From the NCBI GenBank assembly GCA_002269645.1, contig NIVC01000401.1, positions 62,001 through 126,000 of the forward strand: a stretch of DNA of 64,000 bases. The letters are read 5' to 3'. The stretch comes from Macrostomum lignano (taxonomy: Eukaryota). Of this stretch, positions 1 to 12,272 are shown piece after piece. Position numbers and translations under genes: made by a program. Numbering within the stretch: position 1 is the first letter of the stretch; each line of letters opens with the position of its first letter. The notes under the pieces were generated by a model. It ran no database searches. It was not told the DNA's origin and saw only the letters and a list, made by a program, of their open reading frames with translations.

Positions 1-145
1 ACTCTACAGAGTTGCTTCCACTCTACAGAGATGCTTCCACTCTACAGAGATGCTTTTACTCTACAGAGTTGCTTCCACTCTACAGAGATGCTTCCACTCT
101 ACAGAGATGCTTTTACTCTACAGAGTTGCTTCTACAGAGTTGCTA
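1..145. repeat. 19-bp minisatellite (ACTCTACAGAGTTGCTTCC), truncated by window start
   Basis: About 7 tandem copies with A/T variants visible from base 1. Confidence 0.9.
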
Positions 146-312
146 CCATATAGTACATACTGTCGAGCAAGATCTTTAAGTTCGCATAAACGTGATAATT
201 TGAACGTTTGCTAGTGTCCTCAATCATTTTATGTGCACTTTTACGCCTAAACCTTTAACGTACAGCTCAACTATTTTCCGAAAATCTCAACACTCCCTTA
301 CCTACCCTGCAG

Positions 313-1903
313 CTCCCGCGGCGCCGGATAATTGGAAACAGGGCGACCTGCTAGGCCAAGGCGCATTCGGCAAGGTGTACAAATGCCACGATCAGGACTC
401 GGGCCGCCTGTTCGCAATGAAGGTTGTACAATTAGACGCTAATCAAGATCCGGCCACTAGTCGCGAAGTGAAAGCGCTGGAGATTGAAATTCAAACGTTG
501 AAGAAATTTTCTCACGAGCGCATTGTACAGTACCTAGGCTATCATCAGGATGCATATAGACTGTGTATTTTTATGGAGTACATGGACTGTGGCAGTTTGC
601 GGGACGAAATTAAACGATTCGGCCCGATCAGGGAGATTCTGGCTAGAAAGTACACCAGAATGGTGCTGGAAGGACTCAGCTTTCTTCATAGGAACACCAT
701 TGTGCACCGAGACATTAAAGGTAAGCTGTGGCTAACACCTTTAGCACCTTTTCTATTGACTGTGTCTAATAAAGAGCATGTCTGTGTGTCCATTAGAGAA
801 TATGTCTGTGTCCAACAGAGAGTATGTCTGTGTGTCCAATAGAGAGCATGTCTGTGTCCAACAGAGAGTATGTCTGTGTCTAATAGAGAGCATGTCTGTG
901 TCCAATAGAGAGCATGTCTGTGTGTCCAATAGAGAGCATGTCTGTGTGTCCAATAGAGAGCATGTCTGTGTGTCCAATAGAGAGCATGTCTGTGTCCAAT
1001 AGAGAGTATGTCTGTGTCTAATAGAGAGTATGTCTGTGTCCAATAGAGAGCATGTCTGTGTGTCCAATAGAGAGCATGTCTGTGTGTCCAATAGAGAGCA
1101 TGTCTGTGTCCAATAGAGAGCATGTCTGTGTGTCCAATAGAGAGCATGTCTGTGTGTCCAATAGAGAGCATGTCTGTGTGTCCAATAGAGAGCATGTCTG
1201 TGTGTCCAATAGAAAGCATGTCTGTGTCCAATAGAAAGCATGTCTGTGTCCAATAGAAAGCATGTCTGTGTCCAATAGAAAGCATGTCTGTGTCCAATAG
1301 AAAGTATGTCTGTGTCCAATAGAGAGCATGTCTGTGTCCAATAGAGAGTATGTCTGTGTGTCCAATAGAAAGCATGTCTGTGTGTCCAATGTGTCTGTGT
1401 CCATTAGATATAGAGGCCCTGAGGCGTCTGTTTAACGCATCAAATAGTTTTAAATACTTGTTTAAATTCATTCCAAATACACAATTTACCCAGGCGCCAA
1501 CATCCTGAAGGACAGTCAAGGCAATGTAAAATTGTCCGACTTCGGCTCGGCGAAGCACATTAAAACGCTTCAATCGGCAATGTCAACAACATTTGCTGGA
1601 ACTGCGCCCTACATCGCGCCCGAAGTGATTAGGGGCAAGAAATATCACTATAAAGCCGATATCTGGTCGTTGGGCTCCACAGTTGTTGAATTTCTTACCG
1701 GACATCCGCCTTACCATCAGCTGGAAAATGCAGTCTCCGTCATATACAGGATTGTTAGCGATCAGAAAGTTGACTACACCCTGCCTAGCGAAGTCACCGA
1801 GACTGCTCGACAATTTATTGATGCTTGTTTTACTCACGCCCTAGAGCAGAGGCCGGATGCGGACAGCCTCCTGCGCCATCGCTTCTGCACTGAGGCCCTT
1901 TAG
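313..1903 (+). CDS. MAP kinase kinase kinase, MEKK2/3 (MAP3K2/3)-like, last two exons (5' partial): 313-720, 1494-1903
   Basis: Kinase motifs GQGAFGKVY, AMK, FMEYM, HRDIKG|ANIL, DFG, GTAPYIAPE, DIWSLG. Acceptor CTGCAG at 312; intron 721-1493 is GTAAGC...CCCAG and joins G+GC=Gly in frame. PAAPDNWKQGDLLG resembles MEKK2/3 PRAPTNWRLGKLLG. Stop TAG at 1901-1903. Confidence 0.9.
770..1400. repeat. 22/24-bp minisatellite (AGAGAGCATGTCTGTG[TG]TCCAAT) filling the kinase intron
   Basis: About 27 tandem copies inside intron 721-1493. Confidence 0.95.
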
Positions 1904-2139
1904 CTGCCCCCCCCCCCCTACCTCTGACCCACTCTGTTTCAAGTTAGTCCCAATTGTGTCTAGCGCCATCTGTTCGGCTAAACCCCTGTAATTGCTGCGT
2001 CATTGTTCTTATTATTGTTTATCTCATGCAGCGTTTTCCCCTTGCCTGCCTACCCATTTGTTCACTTTGTTCTGCCCAAAATCCATTTAAATCATTTTTG
2101 TCTATACGAGACCTCGTTGCATGCACTTCAAACCCTATG

Positions 2140-2510
2140 AAAATCAAACCCTTACCCCATCACCTCAATGTACATGCGTCGTCGACAAACCCCTACCCCT
2201 CACCCCAATGTACATGCATCCCCAACAAACCCCTAGGCCTCACCCCAATGTGCATGCATCCCCGATCATCCCCTACCCCTCACCCCAATGTACATGCATC
2301 CCCAACAAACTCCTACGCCTCACCCCAATGTACATGCATCCCCGACCATCCCCTACCCCTCACCCCAATGTACATGCATCCCCAACAAACTCCTACGCCT
2401 CACCCCAATGTACATGCATCCCCGACCATCCCCTACGCCTCACCCCAATGTACATGCATCCCCGACCATCCCCTACGCCTCACCCCAATGTACATGCATC
2501 CCCGAAAGAC
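2140..2510. repeat. 40-bp minisatellite (CCTCACCCCAATGTACATGCATCCCCAACAAACTCCTACG)
   Basis: CACCCCAATG recurs at 2201, 2241, 2281, 2321 and so on; about 9 copies. Confidence 0.95.
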
Positions 2511-3369
2511 CCCTGCCCTTACCGCAGCGCAAAGGCAGGCTAACACTGAGGCTCGGGTGGCACTACCTGTACCAAATCGGCGCTAGTTTCTCTGGCCCAT
2601 TTTTTCAATTTATTTTCGATCTCGTGTTTGCTCGTTGCTCCTGTTATGATAGAAAACAGCAAGTATTTTTGTCCACTGTGTAAATAACAAAGGCTGCCCT
2701 ATAAAACTATTTGGGCTTTATGCCTCCGCGATAGTACGCTCACTGGCTTTACTAAATGCTTGTTTTAGTAGTAAATTATATTACGGTATGCACAAATGAA
2801 GTGGCATATTTCCTATTAGATACATGCGTTTTATATACTGTAATATTGATTTACATGATTGTCCGTTTGGTCTGGCACCCAATCGCTAGTTCTTTTGTGA
2901 TACTATAAATTGTAATATAGCAAATTTCAACTGGGGACCATTCCGCCTTTGAGTAGCCTTTTGAATTATATTATATTATCGGCCTGATTAATTTTTTTCT
3001 GAGATGGCAACCATGCGCGGTGTGTGCTTATTTACTTATCTACAGCAGGGCTTCAAAATTTTGATTTTCATTTCAATTCTTGCGTATCGCTTATGCTCGA
3101 TAGTTGCTTTTCTCTATTGTTTTTTTTTTCATTTTTTATACTTTAACTACTGTTTTTCTACACTTACTACAATAAGATTATTCTAGCTTTAGAAAATTGA
3201 AGATTGTACGCATGGAAAAATGCCTAATGATTATTAACTTTAATATCAATTTTGGTTCGAAACTCATTGTCTGTTCGAATGCACTGGCCGTGTAAGATTA
3301 GTGGTATATCAGATTTAGTTATATAGATTAACAATTAAATAAGTATTATGCCACCTATTATGCCCCTAT

Positions 3370-4530
3370 CCCTCACCCTCCCCAGATGTACACAGCCTAT
3401 CCCTCACCCTTCCCAGTGTACAACAGGCAACTCCTCACCCTCCCCAGTGTACACAGGCAACCCCTCACCCTCCCTAGTGTACACAGGCAACTCCTCACCC
3501 TCCCCAGTGTACACAGCCAACTCCTCACCCTTCCCAGTGTACAACAGCCAACCCCTCACCCTTCCCAGTGTACAACAGCCAACCCCTCACCCTCCCCAGT
3601 GTACACAGCCAACTCCTCACCCTTCCCAGTGTACAACAGCCAACCCCTCACCCTCCCCAGTGTACACAGCCAACTCCTCACCCTCCCCAGTGTACACAGC
3701 CAACTCCTCACCCTTCCCAGTGTACAACAGCCAACCCCTCACCCTTCCCAGTGTACAACAGCCAACCCCTCACCCTCCCCAGTGTACACAGCCAACTCCT
3801 CACCCTCCCCAGTGTACACAGCCAACTCCTCACCCTTCCCAGTGTACAACAGCCAACTCCTCACCCTTCCCAGTGTACAACAGCCAACTCCTCACCCTTC
3901 CCAGTGTACAACAGCCAACCCCTCACCCTCCCCAGTGTACACAGCCAACCCCTCACCCTCCCCAGTGTACACAGCCAACTCCTCACCCTTCCCAGTGTAC
4001 AACAGCCAACTCCTCACCCTTCCCAGTGTACAACAGCCAACTCCTCACCCTTCCCAGTGTACAACAGCCAACTCCTCACCCTTCCCAGTGTACAACAGCC
4101 AACCCCTCACCCTCCCCAGTGTACACAGCCAACCCCTCACCCTCCCCAGTGTACACAGCCAACTCCTCACCCTTCCCAGTGTACAACAGCCAACCCCTCA
4201 CCCTTCCCAGTGTACAACAGCCAACCCCTCACCCTCCCCAGTGTACACAGCCAACTCCTCACCCTCCCCAGTGTACACAGCCAACTCCTCACCCTTCCCA
4301 GTGTACAACAGCCAACCCCTCACCCTCCCCAGTGTACACAGCCAACTCCTCACCCTCCCCAGTGTACACAGCCAACTCCTCACCCTTCCCAGTGTACAAC
4401 AGCCAACTCCTCACCCTCCCCAGTGTACACAGCCAACTCCTCACCCTTCCCAGTGTACAACAGCCAACCCCTCACCCTTCCCAGTGTACAACAGCCAACT
4501 CCTCGCCCTTCCCAGTGTACACAGGCTCAG
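3370..4530. repeat. 30/31-bp minisatellite (CCTCACCCTCCCCAGTGTACA[A]CAGCCAACT)
   Basis: About 38 tandem copies with a few interleaved variants. Confidence 0.95.
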
Positions 4531-5629
4531 CCTATTACACCATCGCCTATTTAGTGCATGTATCAAGCAGACACAATAAACGTGTTGGCAATTCACAGTC
4601 TTAGCGGCTAATAATTGCACTTAATATTAAATGCAATCGGATATATTCTTTCTTCAAAGCAAATTCAGTTTTGCACTGCGTGCCTTCTGATCTATCTTAT
4701 ATAGTTACGCCTTGACAACGCAAAAAAACTAGTTTGGTCGATTTATTACTCAAAATATTTCCCGACTGCGTCTTGGCTGTGCAAATGCAAACAGTTGTGT
4801 TTTTATAGGCCTTTAAAACTGTTCTAACCTGGCCAGCCTATCCGTCTTGAGTGTTCTCATCTAGAAGCCTTTATTATTATATTTCTATTTCTCACTTCTA
4901 TCTGGCTGTGGCTATTCAAGTAGTTTTTTGTGCGGCCAAATAAAACCGCTAACTCCTAATATTTTCCAATCCATTTTTCCAGCCTGCTCAGCATAGTAAA
5001 GATGCGTATGATTGAGTTGTTGAATATCGATTGTTATTTTATTGACGTACTAAACATGTTTTTAGTATAATTTATTATCTAAATAACTGGAATATCTGTT
5101 TGCTGTATAAAGGTTGGTTAACTGTTAGCCAAAATTTTTTTATATACTAATAACTATCTGTGAGAGGCATTGATGATAAATAATTCTCCCCTCCACTGCT
5201 CGTCTCCGCCCCCTCTTGTACTCCCACTCTCCCGCTTGTGTCCTGTTTTTATTCGCCGCTCGTAATACGATCTAAATTCGGCTCCTTGATCAGCTCGTAA
5301 TGGCAGTCCAGTTCTGTTTCTTTTTGTGTTCGATTTGCTGTTGTGTTTTGCTTTTTCTATTCTGTCACATGATGACGCTTGTCATACTCCTGTGCCCTAT
5401 CTGTGTCGTATTCTTTATTAGCGTTTTTACTAAATCTCTTCTCTTTGATGGCCTTCTAGTTAGACTGTCCTTAATGTTTGGGCTTTATCTAATATAGTAC
5501 CGATATTATTGAGCTAAGATTGCTCCCACTGCACTCCACTATTTGCGTTCCCTGGCTGTGGATAAAACTCCTAGCAAAAAACTTATTCAGAAAGTGGAAA
5601 AGCCCCCGCTCTCCCATGCACAAAGTTAA

Positions 5630-6385
5630 TTCCTCAGCCCCTCCCCAACCTACACAGCCAACCCCTCAGCCCATCCCCAATCTACACAGCCAACCCCTCA
5701 GCCCCTCCCCAATCTACACAGCCAACCCCTCAGCCCATCCCCAATCTACACAGCCAACCCCTCAGCCCCTCCCCAATCTACACAGCCAACCCCTCAGCCC
5801 CTCCCCAACCTACACAGCCAACTCCCCAACCCTTCCTAGTGTACACAGCCAACCCCTCAGTCCCTCCCCAATGTACTCAGCCAACCATCAGCCCCTTCCC
5901 CAATGTACACAGCCAACCCCTCAGCCCCTCCCCAATCTACACAGCCAACCCCTCAGCCCCTCCCCAATCTACACAGCCAACCCCTCAGCCCATCCCCAAT
6001 CTACACAACCAACCCATCAGCCCCTCCCCAATCTACACAGCCAACCCCTCAGCCCCTCCCCAATCTACACAGCCAACCCCTCAGCCCCTCCCCAATCTAC
6101 ACAGCCGACCCCTCAGCTCCTCCCCAACCTACACAGCCAACCCCTCAGCCCCTCCCCAATCTACACAGCCGACCCCTCAGCCCCTCCCCAATCTACACAG
6201 CCAACCCCTCAGCCCCTCCCCAATCTACACAGCCAACCCCTCAGCCCCTCCCCAATCTACACAGCCAACCCCTCAGCCCCTCCCCAATCTACACAGCCAA
6301 CCCCTCAGCCCCTTCCCAACCTACACTGCCAACCCCTCAGCCCCTCCCCAACCTACACTGCCAACCCCTCAGCCCCTGCTCAATG
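5630..6385. repeat. 32-bp minisatellite (CCCCTCAGCCCCTCCCCAATCTACACAGCCAA)
   Basis: About 23 copies; related to the 3370-4530 unit. Confidence 0.95.
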
Positions 6386-7119
6386 CATGTACACTTCAGC
6401 TATTAGTGAAAAGCCGATGTTAAATTACGAGTAATTGATAGTCTAATCCCTAATCCTTATTTTTCATACTTGGTCGGTACAAATTTAATAGCGTATATGA
6501 AGGCTGTTCCTCTGTCGAAGATTGCGTCACTCACATATCCATTCCCTAATTTTCATCTTCATCCTGGTTTTTTGCCTTCGCTTCGATCAGATTGATTTAT
6601 CACTGGCTCTGCTGTGAAAGAAACTTTACACCATTTACTAGAATTACTTGTACCTTTTTAATAACCTGATAACCATCATTGCACACCTGAATAATAATAA
6701 TAATGGTAATACTTATAATAATACGAGTAATAACAGACGGTAATGATTCTCGGTTCTGAGTAACTGATACGGTAGCTGCAATACCAAAGAGCCCCGCGCC
6801 ACCTTTCCTTTGTCACCTGTTTACCGCTTTTTTCGTGACTCTTTGGTTTCCATTTTTTCGGGCTGTGTTATTACATTGCAACTTAGCTAAATTTGCTGCT
6901 CCCTAAAAGACTGTGTTAACCAACAGATTTAATGAGAGAAGCCTATATTTCACTACTTATTTAGCTGTGGTTTTTTACATTGCCTAAATTTAGATTTTGC
7001 GATTGTAAGCATATTTATTTGTTTTGCAGCATGAATAAAGATGTGTTTCAAATCATGAATTTATTGAGTTCTTAACTGAAACTTTGCGCTTTTCCTACGT
7101 GTTCTGCGTCTGTGATTTT

Positions 7120-7600
7120 GCCAGATCCTCAGGTACATCTCCCTACCCTCCCAGATCCTCAGGTACATCTCCCTACCCTCCCAGATCCTCAGGTACATCT
7201 CACTACCCTCCCAGATCCTCAGGTAGATCTCCCTACCCTCCCAGATCCTCAGGTACATCTCACTACCCTCCCAGATCCTCAGGTACATCTCCCTACCCTC
7301 CCAGATCCTCAGGTACATCTCACTACCCTCCCAGATCCTCAGGTAGATCTCCCTACCCTCCCAGATCCTCAGGTAGATCTCCCTACCCTCCCAGATCCTC
7401 AGGTACATCTCACTACCCTCCCAGATCCTCAGGTACATCTCACTACCCTCCCAGATCCTCAGGTAGATCTCACTACCCTCCCAGATCCTCAGGTAGATCT
7501 CACTACCCTCCCAGATCCTCAGGTACATCTCCCTACCCTCCCAGATCCTCAGGTAGATCCTACTACTCTCCTAGATCTTCAGATAGATCCCAATACCCTA
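7120..7600. repeat. 30-bp minisatellite (CCAGATCCTCAGGTACATCTCCCTACCCTC) just upstream of LTV1
   Basis: About 16 copies ending roughly 140 bp before the LTV1 ATG. Confidence 0.95.
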
Positions 7601-7740
7601 TCAGATCCTCGGTAGATCCGACAACCCTCTCAAATCCTCACTGTTCCATTTTTAGTGTTCAGTTGGCTTGCATTTATCCAATAAAGCTGTGTCCTCATTC
7701 TAAATATCTTCAAAATATTCATCATAAATTCTCTTTCTGC

Positions 7741-10133
7741 ATGCCGAAGCGCAAAGCGAAGTTCATCGACAAGAAGAGCGCGGTCACTTGGCACCTGTTC
7801 GACCGCGCCCAGAATGACGTCATGTGCGGCGACGCCGCCATGCCGCAGGTGGCCATGGTCGAGGTTGAACGAGGCCGCAGGCTGAAGGAGCGAAGAAAGT
7901 ACGGCATCTTTTACGAGGACGACTACGACTATATGCAGCATTTGAAGCCTAGAAGTGGCGCGCCGATTGTTGAACAGGAGAGCGACAGTGACGGCGAGGA
8001 CGAAGGCGACGACGACTCCTGCTGGCCGGACGATGGCGGAGAGTCCTCAGTGACCGCCGCCTCGGCTCGCGCTCGTCTTGTTCAGGCTCAGGCTGCTCAA
8101 AGCTTCGTCCTGCCAATCGAATTGCTGCCGAATGAGCCGCCGCGGCTAGCCGAAGTTCTAGAGGACGGCGACGGCGACGCGGACGGCGAAGAATTCTTCG
8201 ATCCGGAAATTGCCGAGGCGATCGCTGCGGCCGAGGCCGGCGAAGCCGATGACAACGATTGGGACGGCGAAGTCGGCGGCGAGATAGTTGAAGAAGGCGA
8301 AATCGAAGACGACTTTGTGGCGCTGGCCAGCGCTCCGGACGCGGACGGCCGGGCCAGGCGGCCTCTGGTTGGACCCGGCGCCGCGGCCGCCTCCAAGCGC
8401 GACATTTTCAATCGATTCTTTGACGAAGAAGGCGACGAGGACGACGAGGATGCTGATGAAGAAGATGCTGGGGAGGCTGACAGGCCGGCGCCAGCGGCTT
8501 CCGTGGCCACCAGCAGGCGAGGCCGGCCCCTCACTTACCATGAGGAGGTCATTGAGGACCAATTTGACCGCTTGTTGCGCGAATTCCAACGCGATTCAGC
8601 GGATCCGATGGCCGCCGACAATCTGGACGATGACGAGGATCCGGGCGCGGTGGACGACGACTGTGGATCAGTCATGACCAAGTCGCTCTATCAGGTGAGT
8701 CTGAACTTTTTGGTCGAAAATTTGTTGTTAACTTTTAGACAGGATGCCCTAGATTAGTTTCCCATATCCTAGTAAGCTACTTAACATTCAGTAGTATTAA
8801 TTTCTTTTTTCGAAAATAAACAAAAATCGGTTACTTTTGCTATTTCGAAACTAACAATTTCGACTATTTGAATATCTTAAGCCTGTAAACTTTATTATTA
8901 GTGAGCATTTGAATAGAACTTTCATCTAGACGCAATGGCAAGCCGAAACGGAAACTGTATAATTCCACCCACCCAATGTACATTTACCCCATGTACAAAT
9001 GGCAACACTTGACTGCTTTCCACGTTTATTTATCTGCCTCTCCTTATCTTTGCTTAAGTGTGGAATAATGGCGTCTATCCTAAACAAAATACATATTGCA
9101 TATACAATGCACTTGTTTAGTGAGATTATTCCACACTTGTTTCACGCAAATACAAAGATAAGAGGATGGATAGATGGGAAAGCAGTCACGTGATCAAATT
9201 TGTACATAGGTGAATGTACATAGGAGAGCATACGTTATTTAATGCAGGCCTCGGCTTCCCTGACTTGATTTTTTTACTGCCCCGTGGGGGAGTGGAGTGA
9301 GCCACGTACATTACTTGTCTGACTGACAAAATGTACATTCTGTCGCTTAAAAACATGTGTACAATTTTATTTCTTTGCCCTGTTTTGAGCAAAGTTTGTC
9401 ACGTGATACTCCAATCTTTACAAAACATCGGCTTACTTTCACTACATACTACTTCAGTAGGATAGTTAACATTATTTTGTATTTTTATTGAAATTGCCAG
9501 GTTCTGGAACGGCACGACAAAGAGCTGGCCTCGGCATCCATCACCAAGGAAACGCTGGACGATGGTCGACTGCCGGCTAGCGATACTCTGCGAATTCTGG
9601 CCGCGACAGCCGAAGTAGGCGACGGAGATGCTGACGATATCGACGACGATGAAGATGCTTCATCGTTGGACACGGACGAAGAGTTAAGTCTGTGGGGTCC
9701 GACTGTGGCCGCGGCCGCCGCACCCAAGCTGCTGCCGTCCGCCGGCGCCCTTATCGGCTGCAGCGGCGACAGCACATGTAAAAGTCGGCGGAACATGCCC
9801 GCCCTGCTAGACGCTGTTGAACGCCGGCCTCACGGGCAGGAAGACGACAACGTTGATGATGATGAAGAAGACGACGAAGGAGAGGCGGCCAGCGACGCCG
9901 AAACGGCAGACGGGGACGCCAATTCAGAGAGACAGTCGGCAGCCTCGGCTCTGGCCATCAAACTGGCTGGCGTCTCGGACAAACGCGAACGGAAACGCCT
10001 GGTCAAGGAGCACCAGCGGGCCAGACGGCAGCAGAAGAAGCAGACTAAATTGTGCTATGGCCGGGCTAAAACTGAGCTAAATAGTGCCAGTAGGAACGAT
10101 CCTTTCCAGCAGGGTCGAGTATTGAAACTTTGA
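7741..10133 (+). CDS. LTV1: Protein LTV1 homolog (40S biogenesis factor); exons 7741-8694, 9501-10133
   Basis: N-terminus MPKRKAKFIDKKSAVTWHLFDRAQND and RRKYGIFYEDDYDYMQHLK match LTV1 conserved motifs; acidic middle; basic C-terminal KRERKRLVKEHQRARRQQKK...LKL. Phase-0 intron 8695-9500 (GTGAGT...GCCAG). Confidence 0.9.
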
Positions 10134-10795
10134 CCGAGAATTTAAATGTAGTTTCTCCTGATATTAATTTATCGCAAACTACTGTTAGTAGACTTAATGA
10201 ACATTTTGCTATAATCTTGTTTTGCGCAAGTATTATTATGTCATAGTGGGTTATAGTTGCAGATGCTTGTTAAAATAGTTTTTGTTCGCTGTTTAACCTG
10301 TCCAGACGGAACGCCCTCGCTGTTTTCTTAGAAACAGGTGTCAAAAATACTAAATAAATTTGGTAACCTTTTTCAACTGGCCTGCTCTGAAAAGATTGAC
10401 TCACTGGCTGTCGCTATTGCATTTTCTGCAAAAAAAGCTTTTTTGACCGTCACCTGGACATTAAAAAACCTGAATTGCTTGTCAATTATTTTAAACAAAG
10501 TGAATAAAGTAACGGTAAATAGCTGTTATTTATTTGTAAAAACACAACAAAACGGCAAAATAACTACAGGAAGAATATACTTGTATGAAGGATTTTTGAA
10601 CATTTTTAAGAGCAAGCAAGGCAATTCATATGCAGTTAGGGAAGCTATACATTCGCCCCTAAGGGGGGCTTTAAAGTACACTAAAAACCTGTTAACATAT
10701 TGAGAAGTTATAACTCAGTGATCATGTAGGAATTTGTGTAGGAAATATAGGCAGACACTCGAAATCCAGCAATATTAAACAAATTTTCTCTTTGA

Positions 10796-11305
10796 TCACG
10801 ATTTTCGTGAGTAGTATGATTTGCGCACATGCTGACGCATGCAGACTCGCTGCAGAGTTGGCGGCGAGTTGCTGTCGTCGTCGTTATTGCCAGTACTGCG
10901 CCCTGCAGCTCTGCGCCGTGGTTTCGGGTCGTCAATAATGCGCGTCAGGCGCGGCAGCACCAGCTCAAGCAGCGGGATGGCGCCTTGCTTCAGCCGGCTC
11001 GTGACCGAGTTGCCGCCGCGAACCGCCACAGGAGCGGGCCGGGACTGCGTGTAGTCGGCTGGGTCAAAATGCCGACTGCAAACCTTCCAGCCGCGTCGGC
11101 GAATCTCTTCTAGCGGTACCGGCGTCAGCTCTAGGATTGACCGCCAGCGTAGTGCGGTAGCGTCGTCTCGCGGAAACGGATGCAGCCGGACCGGGGCGCC
11201 GTCCGGGCCGGGCGGCGAGAGGGCGGTGCCATCGCAGGTGCTGGCGCAACAGCGTCGAGGGCTGAAGGCAAAGCTGTGTGCTTCAGCTTCAACAGCGTCT
11301 AACAT
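10796..11305 (-). CDS. THAP-domain (C2CH zinc finger) protein, about 169 aa, single exon
   Basis: RRCCASTC...LHPFP...W...KVCSRHF...LKQGAIP fits the THAP signature (C-x-C, FP, W, CxxH-F, AVP-like box). ATG at 11305; GC-rich coding-like composition; AATAAA downstream on the minus strand near 10530. Confidence 0.75.
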   Translation of the reverse strand: MLDAVEAEAHSFAFSPRRCCASTCDGTALSPPGPDGAPVRLHPFPRDDATALRWRSILELTPVPLEEIRRRGWKVCSRHFDPADYTQSRPAPVAVRGGNSVTSRLKQGAIPLLELVLPRLTRIIDDPKPRRRAAGRSTGNNDDDSNSPPTLQRVCMRQHVRKSYYSRKS

Positions 11306-11953
11306 TGCGTCGCGTGCCAATTTTAAGTGGGACGGGTTTAGTTTAGTTTGGATTTTAAGCTTCTTTAATTCCTTGATTGCCCCGCTCAAGGCTCAATTAA
11401 AAGTCCCGTCCCTCTCCTTTAAGCTAAGTGAACAAAGTTGCCTTATATACGAGCGTAGTTGTTTACTCTTTAATTGCTGGCGTGGTTGGGTGTTGGGGTG
11501 ATATCGAGCCAAAACCCCTCAACCAGCGTCTCCTCAGGGCTCGCTTATCATTGGTTGATGGCTCTACCGCGATCCACCCCTCCCCTTCCCCGTCTAAATG
11601 TACATTTTCAGATTTGTACATTCCCTGCATATAAAGGGAATCAGTGTAGATAAAACGGGCGGGCTGGCTGAGTTCTCAAAGCGTCTCCCACCCGCCTCTA
11701 CGTTAAAACAAACACAAAGCAGTATTCAAATGCATGTAGGTTATAGCGGTATTTTCATTTCTCTATCGAGTTCTAATTTCGTCCTTTTGAAGTTCTAAAT
11801 CTAAAAAATAAGTGCATACGAGCGTATGTAATTCCAGCTCCTCCTGGATTTTTGCATCTTGCATGTAGATGCATAGGGAGGGGGGCTTTCACAATCCCGA
11901 ATTTTACCAGCGTCGCAATCACAACCCCGATAACCAGTGCAGTTTTATGTTGT

Positions 11954-12256
11954 GGGCCTGTCAACTTAAGCTCATAAAGTGGAGCCCGAGTAACTATGTA
12001 CACAAATGATGCGTCATTCTGTTCACAGTGACACCAGGAAGCTGGATTTCGATAATAAGGGACTACTTACTACTTTATGAGCTTAAGTTGACATAATATT
12101 CCCAATCATCCCCTTGCTTGTTCTCCCTTATCCCAATTCCAACTTTCGTCACTTTTGCCAAACTCAACTTCCTGGTGTCAATGTGAACAGAATGACGCAT
12201 CAGTTGTGTACATAGGTTACTCGGGCTCTACTTTATGAGCTTGAGCTGACAGGCCC
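11954..12256. mobile_element. MITE-like element with about 88-bp terminal inverted repeats
   Basis: 11954-12041 (GGGCCTGTCAACTTAAGCTCATAAAG...GACACCAGGAAG) is the near-perfect reverse complement of 12168-12256; a partial third copy lies at about 12070-12093; no convincing TSD. Confidence 0.75.
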
Positions 12257-12272
12257 TTTGAAATGTTGTAAC

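Noticed and set aside
686-6434. Long ORFs of 200-420 aa (TDMLSIGH, PSQCTTAN, QPTPQPLP repeats)
   Set aside because: Translations of minisatellites that are open in several frames at once; no unique domain.
7084-7740. N-terminal PPRSSG extension of the LTV1 ORF
   Set aside because: Comes from the upstream 30-bp array; homology starts at ATG 7741.
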